A DNA stretch of 64,000 nucleotides. Source: a virus. Where the stretch lies: positions 39,538 to 103,537 of IMG/VR virus record IMGVR_UViG_3300044691_000274. One strand, given 5' to 3'. Under the pieces are notes generated by a model. That model did not search any database. It was not told the origin of the DNA and saw nothing but the letters and a program-made list of their open reading frames with translations. The position numbers and the translations under genes are program-made. This document shows positions 38,095 through 47,710 of this stretch, piece after piece (positions within the stretch are counted from its first letter, which is position 1; every line of letters begins with the position of its first letter).

Positions 38095-38646
38095 TAAATC
38101 CGAGTTCACGAACGCGTGATCTTCAGAAACTGTTCCGCTGATGTGACTCCACATATTTGGGGGTTTTTGTACGAAACCGGACATAGCCTTCGTCCTAGCC
38201 GCTGCTACATTCCTTAAGCAAAACAGCGACCTACACGGCTTTTGCAGTCAACGGCATCATTCACATGTGAACAGTGTGCCCGCCGAAGGTCCAGTGGAAA
38301 TACCCAAAAAGTGATGCTACCCATCAGAAATACTACTGGTTCGTGGGCGCGCATGAGGCATGCCCGACCGTGGTGGGGGAGGCCACTTTGCCTAGCACAA
38401 CTGACGCCCCGTTTTGGCTGCCACGTTTCGGACCCGAGGGCGGCTTCGTCATGTATTCCTGGACGCTACGCTTCGCCTTCAGATCGGGGGTACCGGCGTT
38501 TCACCGCGTACCCGTCGAAGTTGATCCTGGGCGAGACCGGTCCGACGTCGAGCGAAACCTCACGACAGCCTACGGACTAAGTATTCGTAGGGAACTGAAA
38601 AGCGACGAGGACAAGAGGCCCCGTCCAGCGATCGTGGAATGGTTAT

Positions 38647-38937
38647 ATGCCCGATGCAGTATCAAGAAAGTCCCGCATGGTGGTGCTGGCATACGCGGTC
38701 CTTGGCTCGATCGAAGCCCCGTCGACCAAGGACGTCTCAGACTCGGAGGTTTACGCGATGCTGTCGCGGGAGTTCGCTCTTAAAGCGGCCAACGCAAGCA
38801 AGATCGTTCGTAAACGGAGAGGCAAGGGCAAGCCAGCCCTCATCGAATTTGGCAAACCCATACTTATCGAACATCCACAGCCCGCACTCATCGAACGCGA
38901 GCTGTTGATATGGGTCAAACCAAAAGACGCCGCCTAG
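38647..38937 (+). CDS. Hypothetical protein in AT-richer island (frame uncertain)
   Basis: Ends just before the 38944 terminator; overlapping alternative ORF 38274-38783. Confidence 0.4.
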   Translation: MPDAVSRKSRMVVLAYAVLGSIEAPSTKDVSDSEVYAMLSREFALKAANASKIVRKRRGKGKPALIEFGKPILIEHPQPALIERELLIWVKPKDAA

Positions 38938-38943
38938 AAGGAG

Positions 38944-38972
38944 GACCGGGGAACTCAACCCCGGCTCTTTTC
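38944..38972 (+). terminator. Rho-independent terminator
   Basis: GACCGGGG-loop-CCCCGGCTC then TTTT. Confidence 0.75.
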
Positions 38973-38983
38973 ATTAACGATCA

Positions 38984-39034
38984 TGCAGCTAACTGCATAT
39001 TCCAGTTGACTCGTCCGGAGGCCATCCATATGCT
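38984..39034 (+). promoter_or_regulatory. TGCA box + 8 nt + sigma70-like promoter
   Basis: TGCAGCTAACTGCA-tattccag-TTGACT-17 nt-TATGCT. Confidence 0.75.
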
Positions 39035-39065
39035 CCAACCATCAAGAGCCAACAGGAGGTTCGCC

Positions 39066-39227
39066 TTGAGGAATGACGCATACCACGTAGGACGCCGCTG
39101 CTGGATGCTGGGAATTGCCAGCTGCCCCCACGCTCGCGGCACACGCCGGCACCGGACCTGGTGGGCCGGATGGCAGGATGCCGATCGCTCGTTCAAGCTC
39201 GTGCAAACAACTGCACGGATCGCATGA
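39066..39227 (+). CDS. Rmf/CrpP-fold-like small protein
   Basis: RBS CAGGAGG, TTG start; 'AYHVG...G...CPH.......WWAGWQDA'. Confidence 0.55.
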   Translation: MRNDAYHVGRRCWMLGIASCPHARGTRRHRTWWAGWQDADRSFKLVQTTARIA

Positions 39228-39529
39228 TGGCTGGCAGCAACCGGCGCAGCAGGCGCCATACCGTAGCCCGTGGGCATCTACAACCATCTAAAGAGGGTCT
39301 TGATCCGCGCCTGAACCCAACCTTCTTCATGGCTATCGAGGCTGCCGGTGAGAAGCGCGACAAGTGGCGCATGGGCATCCCCAGACTACCAGTCAAGTTG
39401 GCGGGCCTCCGCTGGATGGGTCAGGACCCAGTTGTGCAATTGTTTGCACGCGCCGAAGCCCCACAGGACGACGTCGAAGACGAGGAAGAAGAGGCACAAT
39501 CACTGGACGGCAGTGCAGCTAACTGCTAA
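39224..39529 (+). CDS. Hypothetical protein
   Basis: ATGA overlap; acidic C-terminus; contains two TGCA boxes. Confidence 0.5.
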   Translation: MMAGSNRRSRRHTVARGHLQPSKEGLDPRLNPTFFMAIEAAGEKRDKWRMGIPRLPVKLAGLRWMGQDPVVQLFARAEAPQDDVEDEEEEAQSLDGSAANC

Positions 39530-39556
39530 AATCGGTTGTCAATCAGAGGGCACGTC

Positions 39557-39835
39557 ATGACCCCCAGGTGCAGAGAGATCATCGAAAGCGCGCAGTCCCC
39601 GATCCCATTCGACATGTGGTTGGAGATCGAGCGTAACGGCAAGCGTGCCTTCGAGGTCGGCCTGCGCCTGGTTGATTGTCCTTACACCGACAATATGGCC
39701 AAGCTCCAAGGGGAGGGCGGTCAAATGTACTCGCCCATCATCGTCTGGGCTTGGGGCTTCACCGACGCCGCGCAAGAGGACGACCTGGCGCGCAAGGCCG
39801 AGGGCGACGACAACGACAGACTCGTGAGGGTGTAA
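39557..39835 (+). CDS. Rmf/CrpP-fold-like small protein
   Basis: 'GKRAFEVG....CPY......W.WGF.DA'. Confidence 0.5.
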   Translation: MTPRCREIIESAQSPIPFDMWLEIERNGKRAFEVGLRLVDCPYTDNMAKLQGEGGQMYSPIIVWAWGFTDAAQEDDLARKAEGDDNDRLVRV

Positions 39836-40201
39836 TGGACTGGCAGGACATATGCATGAACGTCGCGATCGCAATTCTGGCCGTGCTCGGCCTGATCGTC
39901 ATAGGAGTCGAGGGCGCGGTCGAAATCCACAACGTCTACTATGTCTGCGGGGAGATCGAATGCCCCGGCCACTGACATGATTATTCCCACAACCATGCTG
40001 CTCGCGCTCGGATACGACGACCTCGGCAACAACCTGAACCTGCTCTGCCGGGACGACCTCGAAGCGATCGAGGCCGGGCAATATCTGCGCGCGAGCGGCG
40101 AGATGGTCTGCAGGAAGTGCGGCTGCATCTATTACGACCATCCGAACGTCCAAGGCGCCCTGTGGCTTAGGCGCGCGTGTGAGGGGCTGGTCAAGCTATG
40201 A
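39835..40201 (+). CDS. Two small ORFs (39835-39975 membrane; 39977-40201 Zn-finger-like)
   Basis: TM segment in the first; 'RASG...C.KCG..Y.DHP' in the second. Confidence 0.55.
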
Positions 40202-40662
40202 GGGTGCTCATCTCCGGGGGTCGGACGCTAGACCTCGCCAAGGTGCTCCAGTGGCTGGACACGAACCTCGCGATCCGCTGCGCCGGCCTGCCATCGTTCA
40301 TAATCGAAGGCGGGGCCACGGGCGCGGACCAAGGCGCTCGCATGTACCGCAACGCCCACCAGATCGCTGGGCAGACCTTCAACGCAGCCTGGGAGAACCT
40401 CACGCTGAAGCCCTGCGTCATCAAGTGGCGGGCTGACGGCTCGGCGTACAACGTCCTGGCCGGCTTCGCCCGCAATCAGCAGATGATCGACGAGGGCAAG
40501 CCCGAGGTCGCCGTGGTGTTCAAGGGGGGCAAGGGCACAGCCGACATGGTCAAGCGTCTCAAAAAAGCTGGGATCGAGATCATCGACGCGCGTGACGACC
40601 CGGCTAACCTCGCTGCAAATAACTGCACTCTCCACTGGACATTGCCCGGCGAAAAGCTATAA
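40198..40662 (+). CDS. YspA/DUF2493 SLOG-family protein
   Basis: 'RVLISGGR', 'IIEGGATGAD', 'AG..RNQQM', 'F.GGKGTADMV......GI'. Confidence 0.88.
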   Translation: MRVLISGGRTLDLAKVLQWLDTNLAIRCAGLPSFIIEGGATGADQGARMYRNAHQIAGQTFNAAWENLTLKPCVIKWRADGSAYNVLAGFARNQQMIDEGKPEVAVVFKGGKGTADMVKRLKKAGIEIIDARDDPANLAANNCTLHWTLPGEKL

Positions 40663-40663
40663 C
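40614..40663 (+). promoter_or_regulatory. TGCA box + 8 nt + promoter of the Arc gene
   Basis: TGCAAATAACTGCA-ctctccac-TGGACA-16 nt-TATAAC. Confidence 0.7.
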
Positions 40664-40691
40664 AGCGACATCGGGCAACACGAGGTTCCCA

Positions 40692-40904
40692 ATGAAAGAC
40701 GCTAGGTTAGCCGACAAGTTCATCGTTCGCTTGCCTGATGGCATGCGGGACGAAATCAAAGAGGCTTCTCTCAAGAACCGCCGCTCGATGAACTCCGAGA
40801 TCGTGGCTCGTTTGGGGTCGTTCGGCAGGGAAGACGCAACGCCCACGCTGGAGAAGCGACTCGAAACGGTAGAGCGCATGCTTGGCGTTGGAGTGGTTCA
40901 GTGA
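40692..40904 (+). CDS. Arc-family ribbon-helix-helix repressor
   Basis: 'DKFIVRLPDGMRDEIK..S..NRRSMNSEIVARL'. Confidence 0.93.
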   Translation: MKDARLADKFIVRLPDGMRDEIKEASLKNRRSMNSEIVARLGSFGREDATPTLEKRLETVERMLGVGVVQ

Positions 40905-43190
40905 GAGGCGTCGACTGGAAAGCGCTGGAAGCCACCAAGTGGAGCCCCTGGTGGCGCTGCCGCTTGCGCGTCTGGTTTCTCGGCCCCAAGTTCCCCGAGC
41001 GCCTCTGGCACATAAGAGAGTGCCGGGGCTGCTGGGATGGAGACGCTGTTTTCGAAGGCCCTGAAGGCCCAGGAGCAATCATGTGCTTCTGCCACAGATG
41101 CAAGGTCTGGTACTATGGCTAAATTTTGGATTGCCGGCTGCTTGGTACTCGCGTTCACCGGCTTCTTCGTCGCGGGGACCTTCACCGGCATTGCGCTCGT
41201 CGAGTACGGGCCGTTCTGTTGGGACCAGCAGTGCAGCTATCTGCAATCGGGCGACGTCAAGTGACCAAGTACCAGGTCGCCTGCGTTTTCCTGCTCAGCA
41301 GTCTTGTCGTGCTGTCCACAAGCTGGTTGAGCTTCAGCGCTGGCTATCTGCATGGCCACATGGATGGACGCTTCGCAGGGCAGTACGACGCGAATGAAGC
41401 GCACGAGAAGATCGAGCTGGAGCTGAAGGCAGTCGGCATCTGCACGTGGGCCAGAACGACATGCGGGATCGACAAGTGAGCAAGCTAGGCATCCCGCAAC
41501 ACCACTCCCTCCTGTCCGTCGAAGAGATGGTCATGATGCACCGGCGGGGGCTGTCTACCCTGGTAATCGCCAAGCACGCCGGGCTGACACACCGCTACGT
41601 AGCCGGCCAGATCAGGGATAACTTCGAACGCATCAACGCCTTGGAGTGCAAGAACCAGACCGGCATAGGTTCGATGTAGTAACCACGGTGCAGTTGTTTG
41701 CATGAATACTAAGGAACTTGCGGCGGGCATGTGCTATAGTTTGCTTATCGGGAAAACGGGAGGTTCTCCCCATGCCATTTCATGATGACCCTGCGCACGA
41801 CGTGCTCGTAAACGACTTCACCTTGGCGAGCTGGCTGCAGGGCATCACCGCCGACCACGCGGGAACTCCAACGAAGCGGCCGGTGCGGCTGGCCGACATC
41901 CTCGCCGAATACGTCAAGCGCAAGCACGCGGGGATCGCACGCAAATGAGCAAGACCCTCCTGACCAAGATGGTCGCGGTCGAATACGTGCCCGGCGAGCA
42001 AGTCATGCTCGACAAGGAGATCACCGGCTACGTGACGGAGGTCTGCATATTCACCCAGCGCATCCTTTACGAGGTCCGATGGATGCACAACGGGGACTCC
42101 CGCAAGGACTATTTCGACGGCTTCAGACTGAAGGCAGTTCCGTGAAACTCACCCCAGATCAAGAACGCGCGCGCCAGCGTCAGCTGGACGAAGATCGCAC
42201 TCGACAGGCCGAGGCTGACGCCAGTGCTTTCGAGAACACGCGCAACGAGCATATCTATCAGCTCTCATGCATGGAGGACGTGACAGCGCCCCAGCAGCGC
42301 GCCGTAATCAACGCCCTACTCTTTCTCATGGAGAACCTGAAGTGAGTGACACCCACGAAGTCGACCGGCAGTGTCAGCTGCACGATTGCCAGCATCGGGC
42401 GCTGAGCGCTCGGATCGAGGAGCTGGAGCTGGAAGTCCAGGAGTCGGAACGCAAGCGCGCCGACCTGCTCAAGAACTCCAGCCGCTATATCGAGGGGCTC
42501 AAGGAAGAGAACGCCCGGCTCCTGCCGCTCGACGTCAAGTCCAAATTCGCCAAGGGCGACAAAGTGTCCAAGGTGAGCGAGGACAGCACGTTCCACGGAG
42601 TCGTGGTCGTCGCGTTCCGCAAGCTCTCGGGCAAGGTCCGCTACATCGTCGAGGACGACCGGGGCCTGCTCCTGATCCAGTCTGACAACTCGGTGGTCAA
42701 GACGCCATGACCGTCAAGGATTTGATCGCCGAGCTGCAGAAGCACGATCCGCTCGCTCGGGTGGAGGTCGACGTCCACGAAGCCGGCTTCATTACCAGCC
42801 ACGAGATCGAAGTCGTCCAGTACGAAAGCGGGGTCACGCTCCATGTCTACGCATAAGCAGATCGCGGACGAGTTCGAGACCAAGCTCGCCAAGATGATGA
42901 AGGAAGCCGCCTCTGGCCACGGGGTCAACATGGCCTCGATCTGGTACACGTGGCTGCACCGCGAAGGGACCAAGATCATCGACGCGATGCGTCTTGCTGA
43001 GGAGCACGCCAAGCTGATCGAAGCCTTGACACCGAGCGCCGAGACGAAGGCCGAGTATATCGGGGAGTTCTCGTTCTACGGTCCTGAATACGTGGACGAC
43101 AAGGGCGAGCCCCGCGCCGACAAGATGCTTGTTCCGTGGAGCACAGTCAAAGTGCTCATGGCCGCGATCCGCAAGAGGGCAGAACGATGA
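40901..43190 (+). CDS. Run of small coupled hypothetical ORFs (40901-41122, 41115-41264, 41261-41479, 41476-41679, 41772-41948, 41945-42145, 42142-42345, 42342-42710, 42843-43190)
   Basis: Consistent stop/start overlaps; two have N-terminal TMs; 42342 ends in an SH3-like 'KFAKGDKV.K....FHGVVV'. Confidence 0.6.
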
Positions 43191-43645
43191 TCCCCAAGCT
43201 GGGACGACGGGGCTTCCTGCGCGCGCTTGGCCTGGCGCCGGCCGCGATCGCCGTTGAGACCGCAGGCATCGGCCTGGGTGGTCGCGCTGTGCTTGGCTAT
43301 AGCAGCATCGCCTCGGCCGTGTGGGAGAACACCGGCGGCCCGATGAACAGCCCGACCAACTGCACCGAGATCGGTGGCATCTCACACGCCCAGAAGCTTG
43401 CCGCGTATCTCGCGACCCACGACCTGCCACAATATCTGGTCGACCGCATGCGCGCGCAGTCCCGGCAGAGCATCAATCGTTTTGATCCGGACCTGGCCGC
43501 CAATCGGTCGTTCAGCCTCTCGACCAAGATGCGGGTCCAGGCGGACCGTGATTTCGATCGCGCGGTGCTTAGCACGCGGGAGGTCGCCAATCGCAACGTG
43601 CTTTCTGAATTATTCTCTAAAGCAACTGGCTTCGGGTTGTGGTAG
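43187..43645 (+). CDS. Protein with twin-arginine (Tat)-like signal
   Basis: 'LGRRGFLRALGLAPAAIA'. Confidence 0.6.
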   Translation: MIPKLGRRGFLRALGLAPAAIAVETAGIGLGGRAVLGYSSIASAVWENTGGPMNSPTNCTEIGGISHAQKLAAYLATHDLPQYLVDRMRAQSRQSINRFDPDLAANRSFSLSTKMRVQADRDFDRAVLSTREVANRNVLSELFSKATGFGLW

Positions 43646-43678
43646 ACGTGTGCAGATAATTGCACTTGCCGGAAGGAT

Positions 43679-44080
43679 TTGATCGTGAACAGGATAAGCT
43701 GGGTCGTTTACATTGTGTTCTGGATCACTCCTGCTATGGGAGGGGTGAGCGAGATCAACTGCCCATTGCCGGTGGCTCCGCTGGTGACGCATCATCCCTC
43801 GACCGGGGCCAAGCCCCACAAACACCGCAACCACGTCGCTAGGCTGCCGTGTCGTTGCGAGGACGGCGGGGGCGGAGGTGGTTACGACTCATCTGAAACC
43901 TATTACGGCGACGACCAGGGCGGCCCGATCCTCGGCGCCTCGGGTCAACCCGGCATCGGGGGCCTATGGGGAGACCACGGCGGCTGGGACCGAGTCGGCA
44001 AGACGATCAACGGCGTTCCAGAGATACCGACCTGGATGATGACCGGGCTCGGCATCGCCGGCATGCTGTTGCTGTTGTAG
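43679..44080 (+). CDS. Secreted protein with PEP-CTERM-like C-terminus
   Basis: Hydrophobic N-terminus; Gly-rich linker; 'VPEIPTWMMTGLGIAGMLLLL' (no basic tail). Confidence 0.6.
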   Translation: MIVNRISWVVYIVFWITPAMGGVSEINCPLPVAPLVTHHPSTGAKPHKHRNHVARLPCRCEDGGGGGGYDSSETYYGDDQGGPILGASGQPGIGGLWGDHGGWDRVGKTINGVPEIPTWMMTGLGIAGMLLLL

Positions 44081-44106
44081 TGCCATTAACTGCATAGGAG
44101 AAAGCC

Positions 44107-44499
44107 ATGCGAAAGTTGTTCCTGTCCGCCACCCTGATGCTGCCGCTTCTGAGCTGCGGGGGCCACCCGGCCTACGCCTACCCGCTCAGCCCAGCGTTGC
44201 TCAAGCACTGCATGCCGTTGTCCGAGCGCGCCTCGGGCCTGGCGGCAGCCGCCGACATGGGCAAAGTCCTCCATTTCGATGGGGCGATCGCGCAGCGCTT
44301 CATCGACGCGATCAACGACCAGCTGCCGCTGTCCGACTGGACCGCAAGCCAGGTGGACGTGGTCATCAAGCAGGTCCCGGCAGACCAGCTCGCCGCCTAC
44401 GTCTTCCTGACCGACGACGCGAATATGTGCCTGATCGAGACCGCCAAGAAAGCGGACTGGGAGAAGCTCGCCGACAAGGTGTTCGGGTCGGGGACCTAG
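44107..44499 (+). CDS. Exported protein / probable lipoprotein
   Basis: RBS AGGAG; 'MRKLFLSATLMLPLLSC' lipobox-like (alternative SPI site 'AYA'). Confidence 0.65.
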   Translation: MRKLFLSATLMLPLLSCGGHPAYAYPLSPALLKHCMPLSERASGLAAAADMGKVLHFDGAIAQRFIDAINDQLPLSDWTASQVDVVIKQVPADQLAAYVFLTDDANMCLIETAKKADWEKLADKVFGSGT

Positions 44500-44590
44500 T
44501 CACGAGATTGTGATCGGCGTCGCGTGCAGCTAATTGCAATCGCCTGGTTGCTCTGTTACTACGGGGTCCTTAACTGAAGGGAACCCCCAA

Positions 44591-46267
44591 ATGTTCAAAA
44601 GCTACGCTCTCGGCTTCGCCGCGCTCATGGCCGTTGCCATGCCTGCAAACGCCTATCAGGTCTATCCTGGCTGCGCCGCCCCACCCCCGGTCAGCGTCGG
44701 CAAGAAATGGTTCGTCGATCCGGCCAACGGCAAGACCCCGGCAGCCGGCGGCCTCGGCACCCAAGACGCCCCGTGGAACAGCCTCCAGGGCGTCCTCGCC
44801 GGCCAGTGGGGCGCGGCCATCGTAGTCCCCGGCTACACCCGCCCGCTCCTGTCGATCGTCCCGTACAACCACGCCACGCCCACCGGCCGCGTAGACGCCG
44901 CTGATCTCATGGGCGCTCCGCCCGTCAATCCCGGCGACTCGATCGAGCTGATGACCGGCAATTACGGCGACGTCGGGCTCGGAAACTACCAGCTGCCCAC
45001 CGTCAACACGGACTGGATCACGGTCGAAGCCGCGCCTGGCCAGAAGCCGGTGTTCGACACGCTCGCGATCTCGCTTACCAGCAAGTGGGTTTTCAACGGC
45101 ATCAAGGTCCAGAGTCTGCTCTGGACGAACAAGAACACCAGGGCGCTGCTCACGGTCAACGATGCAGGCACAGTCGCCTGGTCGACACACGACATCGTGT
45201 TCACGAACATGGACATCAGCACGGACGACAACACGGCCGCCTGGACGCAAGCCCAGTGGGTCGCGCAGGGACGCTCGGGCGTGAGCTTCTCGGGCTCGGC
45301 CGGCGACGGCACCAACGGTCAGCCACTCACCAGCTGCATCTCGATGACGGGTTCGCACGTCCACGCCATCCGCACCGGCGTCTACCTCGGAGCGAACTCG
45401 ACGCTGTTCACGAACAACGAAGTCGACCATTTCGGGGACGACGCGCTCGAATGGGCAGCGAACGATCTGGCGATCACGAACAATTACGAGCATGACAACT
45501 TCGACGTCGGCGACGGCAATCACGAAGACGCCATGCAAGGGGTGATCGGCGCGCTGCCCAAGGGCGTCGCGTTCAACCGGTTCTCGAACATCCTGATCGA
45601 CTCGAACAAGATCATCCGCGCGACCGATCCGACGATCCTGTTCCCGACCTACCTGCAAGGGATCGACGCCTTCGACTCCGACTGGACCGGCATGACCGTG
45701 ACGAACAACGTCATTGTCACAGCCTCGTGCTGGGGCATCGACCTGTCATCCCAGCATAACGCCTTGGTCGCTGGCAACACGGTGGCCGACGACCTTCTGG
45801 TCTCGACGCCAGGCTGCACGACGTGGCTCGCGGTCGGAGGCCCGTCGCACGAGGGGTTGCCAAGCTCGAACGTCCGGGTCACGAACAACCTAGCCGAGCA
45901 CTTCATCATGGGCTCGCAGGGCGACACCGGCATGGTCTGGGACAACAACGTCGCGACGAACAGCTACCAGTCGTTCTCGGGCTGGAACTTCACGACCGGG
46001 GCATGGTCCTACGGCGAGAAGGTCGGCACCGACGCGACCGGCAACGTGACGCCTGCCAAGGCGATGGACCTGACGACGGTGTTCAAGGTCTGGAGCCCAG
46101 CGACGCGCACTTATGACATGCGGGTGCTCGCCACCTCGGGAGTGCTAGGCCACGGCTCAAGCTTGCCGGCGACCGACATCCTCGGCTCCGCGCGCGCCGC
46201 TGCCGCCCCGGTCTGCACGACTCCGGCCTACACCCCGGTCCCCGGCGCCTACAGCCTCCCGCTATAA
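44591..46267 (+). CDS. Secreted right-handed beta-helix (pectin lyase-like) protein
   Basis: Signal peptide 'MFKSYALGFAALMAVAMPANA'; 'G.GTQDAPWNSL'; Asn ladders 'FTNNEV..F..D', 'ITNN', 'H.DAMQ', 'IDSNKI', 'VTNNVI', 'VAGNTV'. Confidence 0.85.
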   Translation: MFKSYALGFAALMAVAMPANAYQVYPGCAAPPPVSVGKKWFVDPANGKTPAAGGLGTQDAPWNSLQGVLAGQWGAAIVVPGYTRPLLSIVPYNHATPTGRVDAADLMGAPPVNPGDSIELMTGNYGDVGLGNYQLPTVNTDWITVEAAPGQKPVFDTLAISLTSKWVFNGIKVQSLLWTNKNTRALLTVNDAGTVAWSTHDIVFTNMDISTDDNTAAWTQAQWVAQGRSGVSFSGSAGDGTNGQPLTSCISMTGSHVHAIRTGVYLGANSTLFTNNEVDHFGDDALEWAANDLAITNNYEHDNFDVGDGNHEDAMQGVIGALPKGVAFNRFSNILIDSNKIIRATDPTILFPTYLQGIDAFDSDWTGMTVTNNVIVTASCWGIDLSSQHNALVAGNTVADDLLVSTPGCTTWLAVGGPSHEGLPSSNVRVTNNLAEHFIMGSQGDTGMVWDNNVATNSYQSFSGWNFTTGAWSYGEKVGTDATGNVTPAKAMDLTTVFKVWSPATRTYDMRVLATSGVLGHGSSLPATDILGSARAAAAPVCTTPAYTPVPGAYSLPL

Positions 46268-46302
46268 ACCAAGAAAAGCTGAGTCCGGTCAATCGGTTGA
46301 TT

Positions 46303-46336
46303 TGCAGTTGACTGCATCGCCGGACTCAGCTATCAC
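46303..46336 (+). promoter_or_regulatory. TGCA box containing the -35 of a promoter
   Basis: TTGACT(46308)-17 nt-TATCAC preceded by GC. Confidence 0.7.
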
Positions 46337-46362
46337 CGGTTCACCTGAGCAAGGAGGCTCTT

Positions 46363-46647
46363 GTGAACGTCGCCTACATGACCATGATCGAAGTTCGCGC
46401 AGAGCTATATGCGCTCTCCGAGGCCATGGGCTATCCACGGCTCAAGGAGCTTGCCGACCGCACCAAGCGGACGACCCACGCTCCGCGCGGGCGTAATGAC
46501 TCGGTCAAGATGACCGACGAGATCAAGCAACAGATCAAGGCGATGAAGGCCGAGTTCCCGAGCCGGACCCTGGGCAAGCTAGGTCAGCTGCACAAGGTCA
46601 GCATGGGCCGCGCGAGCGAAGCGCTCTACGGGAAGAAGATGAAGTGA
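46363..46647 (+). CDS. Small HTH DNA-binding protein
   Basis: 'MTDEIKQQIK...FP..TL..LG..HKVSMGRASEALYG'. Confidence 0.65.
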   Translation: MNVAYMTMIEVRAELYALSEAMGYPRLKELADRTKRTTHAPRGRNDSVKMTDEIKQQIKAMKAEFPSRTLGKLGQLHKVSMGRASEALYGKKMK

Positions 46648-46692
46648 ACGCTGGCGCTGCAAGTGCAGTCAACTACACTAAGGAAAAAGCAA

Positions 46693-46800
46693 ATGGCTAA
46701 ACCAGCAAGCGGCTTCCCTCTCAAGAGGAAGGGCAAGTCCGTTGCCAAGGCGGACCAGCGGCGCGACGCCGCGAACAACGCCAAGAAGGCAACCAAGTAA
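46693..46800 (+). CDS. 35-aa basic peptide
   Basis: RBS AAGGA; MAKPASGFPLKRKGKSVAKADQRRDAANNAKKATK. Confidence 0.45.
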   Translation: MAKPASGFPLKRKGKSVAKADQRRDAANNAKKATK

Positions 46801-46857
46801 TTCTGACAGGGAGACCGGGGAGCCCTTCAGTCTAATCCATCCCCGAAGGAGAGAACA

Positions 46858-47301
46858 GTGAGCATCACGACACGTGAGAACCTGGTGATCCGCAAGGACG
46901 AGCCCAAGGAATACGTCAGCATGTACGGCTACTCGAAACGTGGCTTCTACGTCTACTTGGCGTCGGACACGGAATTCGATAACGCGATCGGCTTCATCAA
47001 GGAAGAGCGCGTCATCGGCGTCGATGGCAAGACGGTCGGCCTCGCGTATTACACGCGCACCGGGGGATGGCGCAACAACGGTCAGGAACGTTTCTTCGCG
47101 AGCCCGGAAGCCTTGATCATCGCGTTCGGCGGCAAGCTCCAGCCGGCCCTCGTTGCCAAGCCCCGCAAGAAGGCTGTGGCCAAGAAGGCAGCGGCGCCGA
47201 AGAAGCGCGCCAAGGTCGTCGTCAAGACCAAGGCCAAGACCAGCAAGCGGACCATGGCGGCACTGACCCCCAAGCCGCGTGCAAAGTACGCCTACGCCTA
47301 A
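46858..47301 (+). CDS. Hypothetical protein with histone H1-like Lys/Ala-rich tail
   Basis: 'AKPRKKAVAKKAAAPKKRAKVVVKTKAKTSK'. Confidence 0.7.
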   Translation: MSITTRENLVIRKDEPKEYVSMYGYSKRGFYVYLASDTEFDNAIGFIKEERVIGVDGKTVGLAYYTRTGGWRNNGQERFFASPEALIIAFGGKLQPALVAKPRKKAVAKKAAAPKKRAKVVVKTKAKTSKRTMAALTPKPRAKYAYA

Positions 47302-47443
47302 GCTTAAATTGGGCTGAATTACCCCGCGAGGTGGCCGCCTGCAATAGAGTGGGCGGTCACACTCAGCGCTAACTCAGAATAGGCTCTCGCGTTGCATCGT
47401 TTGTGGAACGAGCTATAGTTGTTTCATGCAAACGGAGATTACG

Positions 47444-47635
47444 ATGTTTACGAACTTCCTCAAGGGCCTCTTCCACGTCCCGGCCAAGTTCAACGAGGAC
47501 CTGCTGAAGGTTACTTCGAGCACCCTTCGCCAGAACCACACGATGCACCGCCCCGGCAGCAACCAGAGCAGCCAGCACTGGAGCGGCGGACAGAACCAGG
47601 CGATCCGCGCCAACTTCGCCAGCAAGTGCAAATAA
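47444..47635 (+). CDS. Small hypothetical protein with own promoter
   Basis: TTGCAT-16 nt-TATAGT upstream; RBS GGAG. Confidence 0.5.
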   Translation: MFTNFLKGLFHVPAKFNEDLLKVTSSTLRQNHTMHRPGSNQSSQHWSGGQNQAIRANFASKCK

Positions 47636-47693
47636 CTGCAGAAAGCACTTGCAAAGGCTGCGCCGAACGGCATAGTAGGCGCAGCTAACTGCA
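47627..47693 (+). promoter_or_regulatory. Promoter flanked by two TGCA boxes
   Basis: TGCAAATAACTGCA-8 nt-TTGCAA-16 nt-CATAGT, then CGCAGCTAACTGCA. Confidence 0.7.
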
Positions 47694-47710
47694 CGCCAGG
47701 AGGGCGGCCC

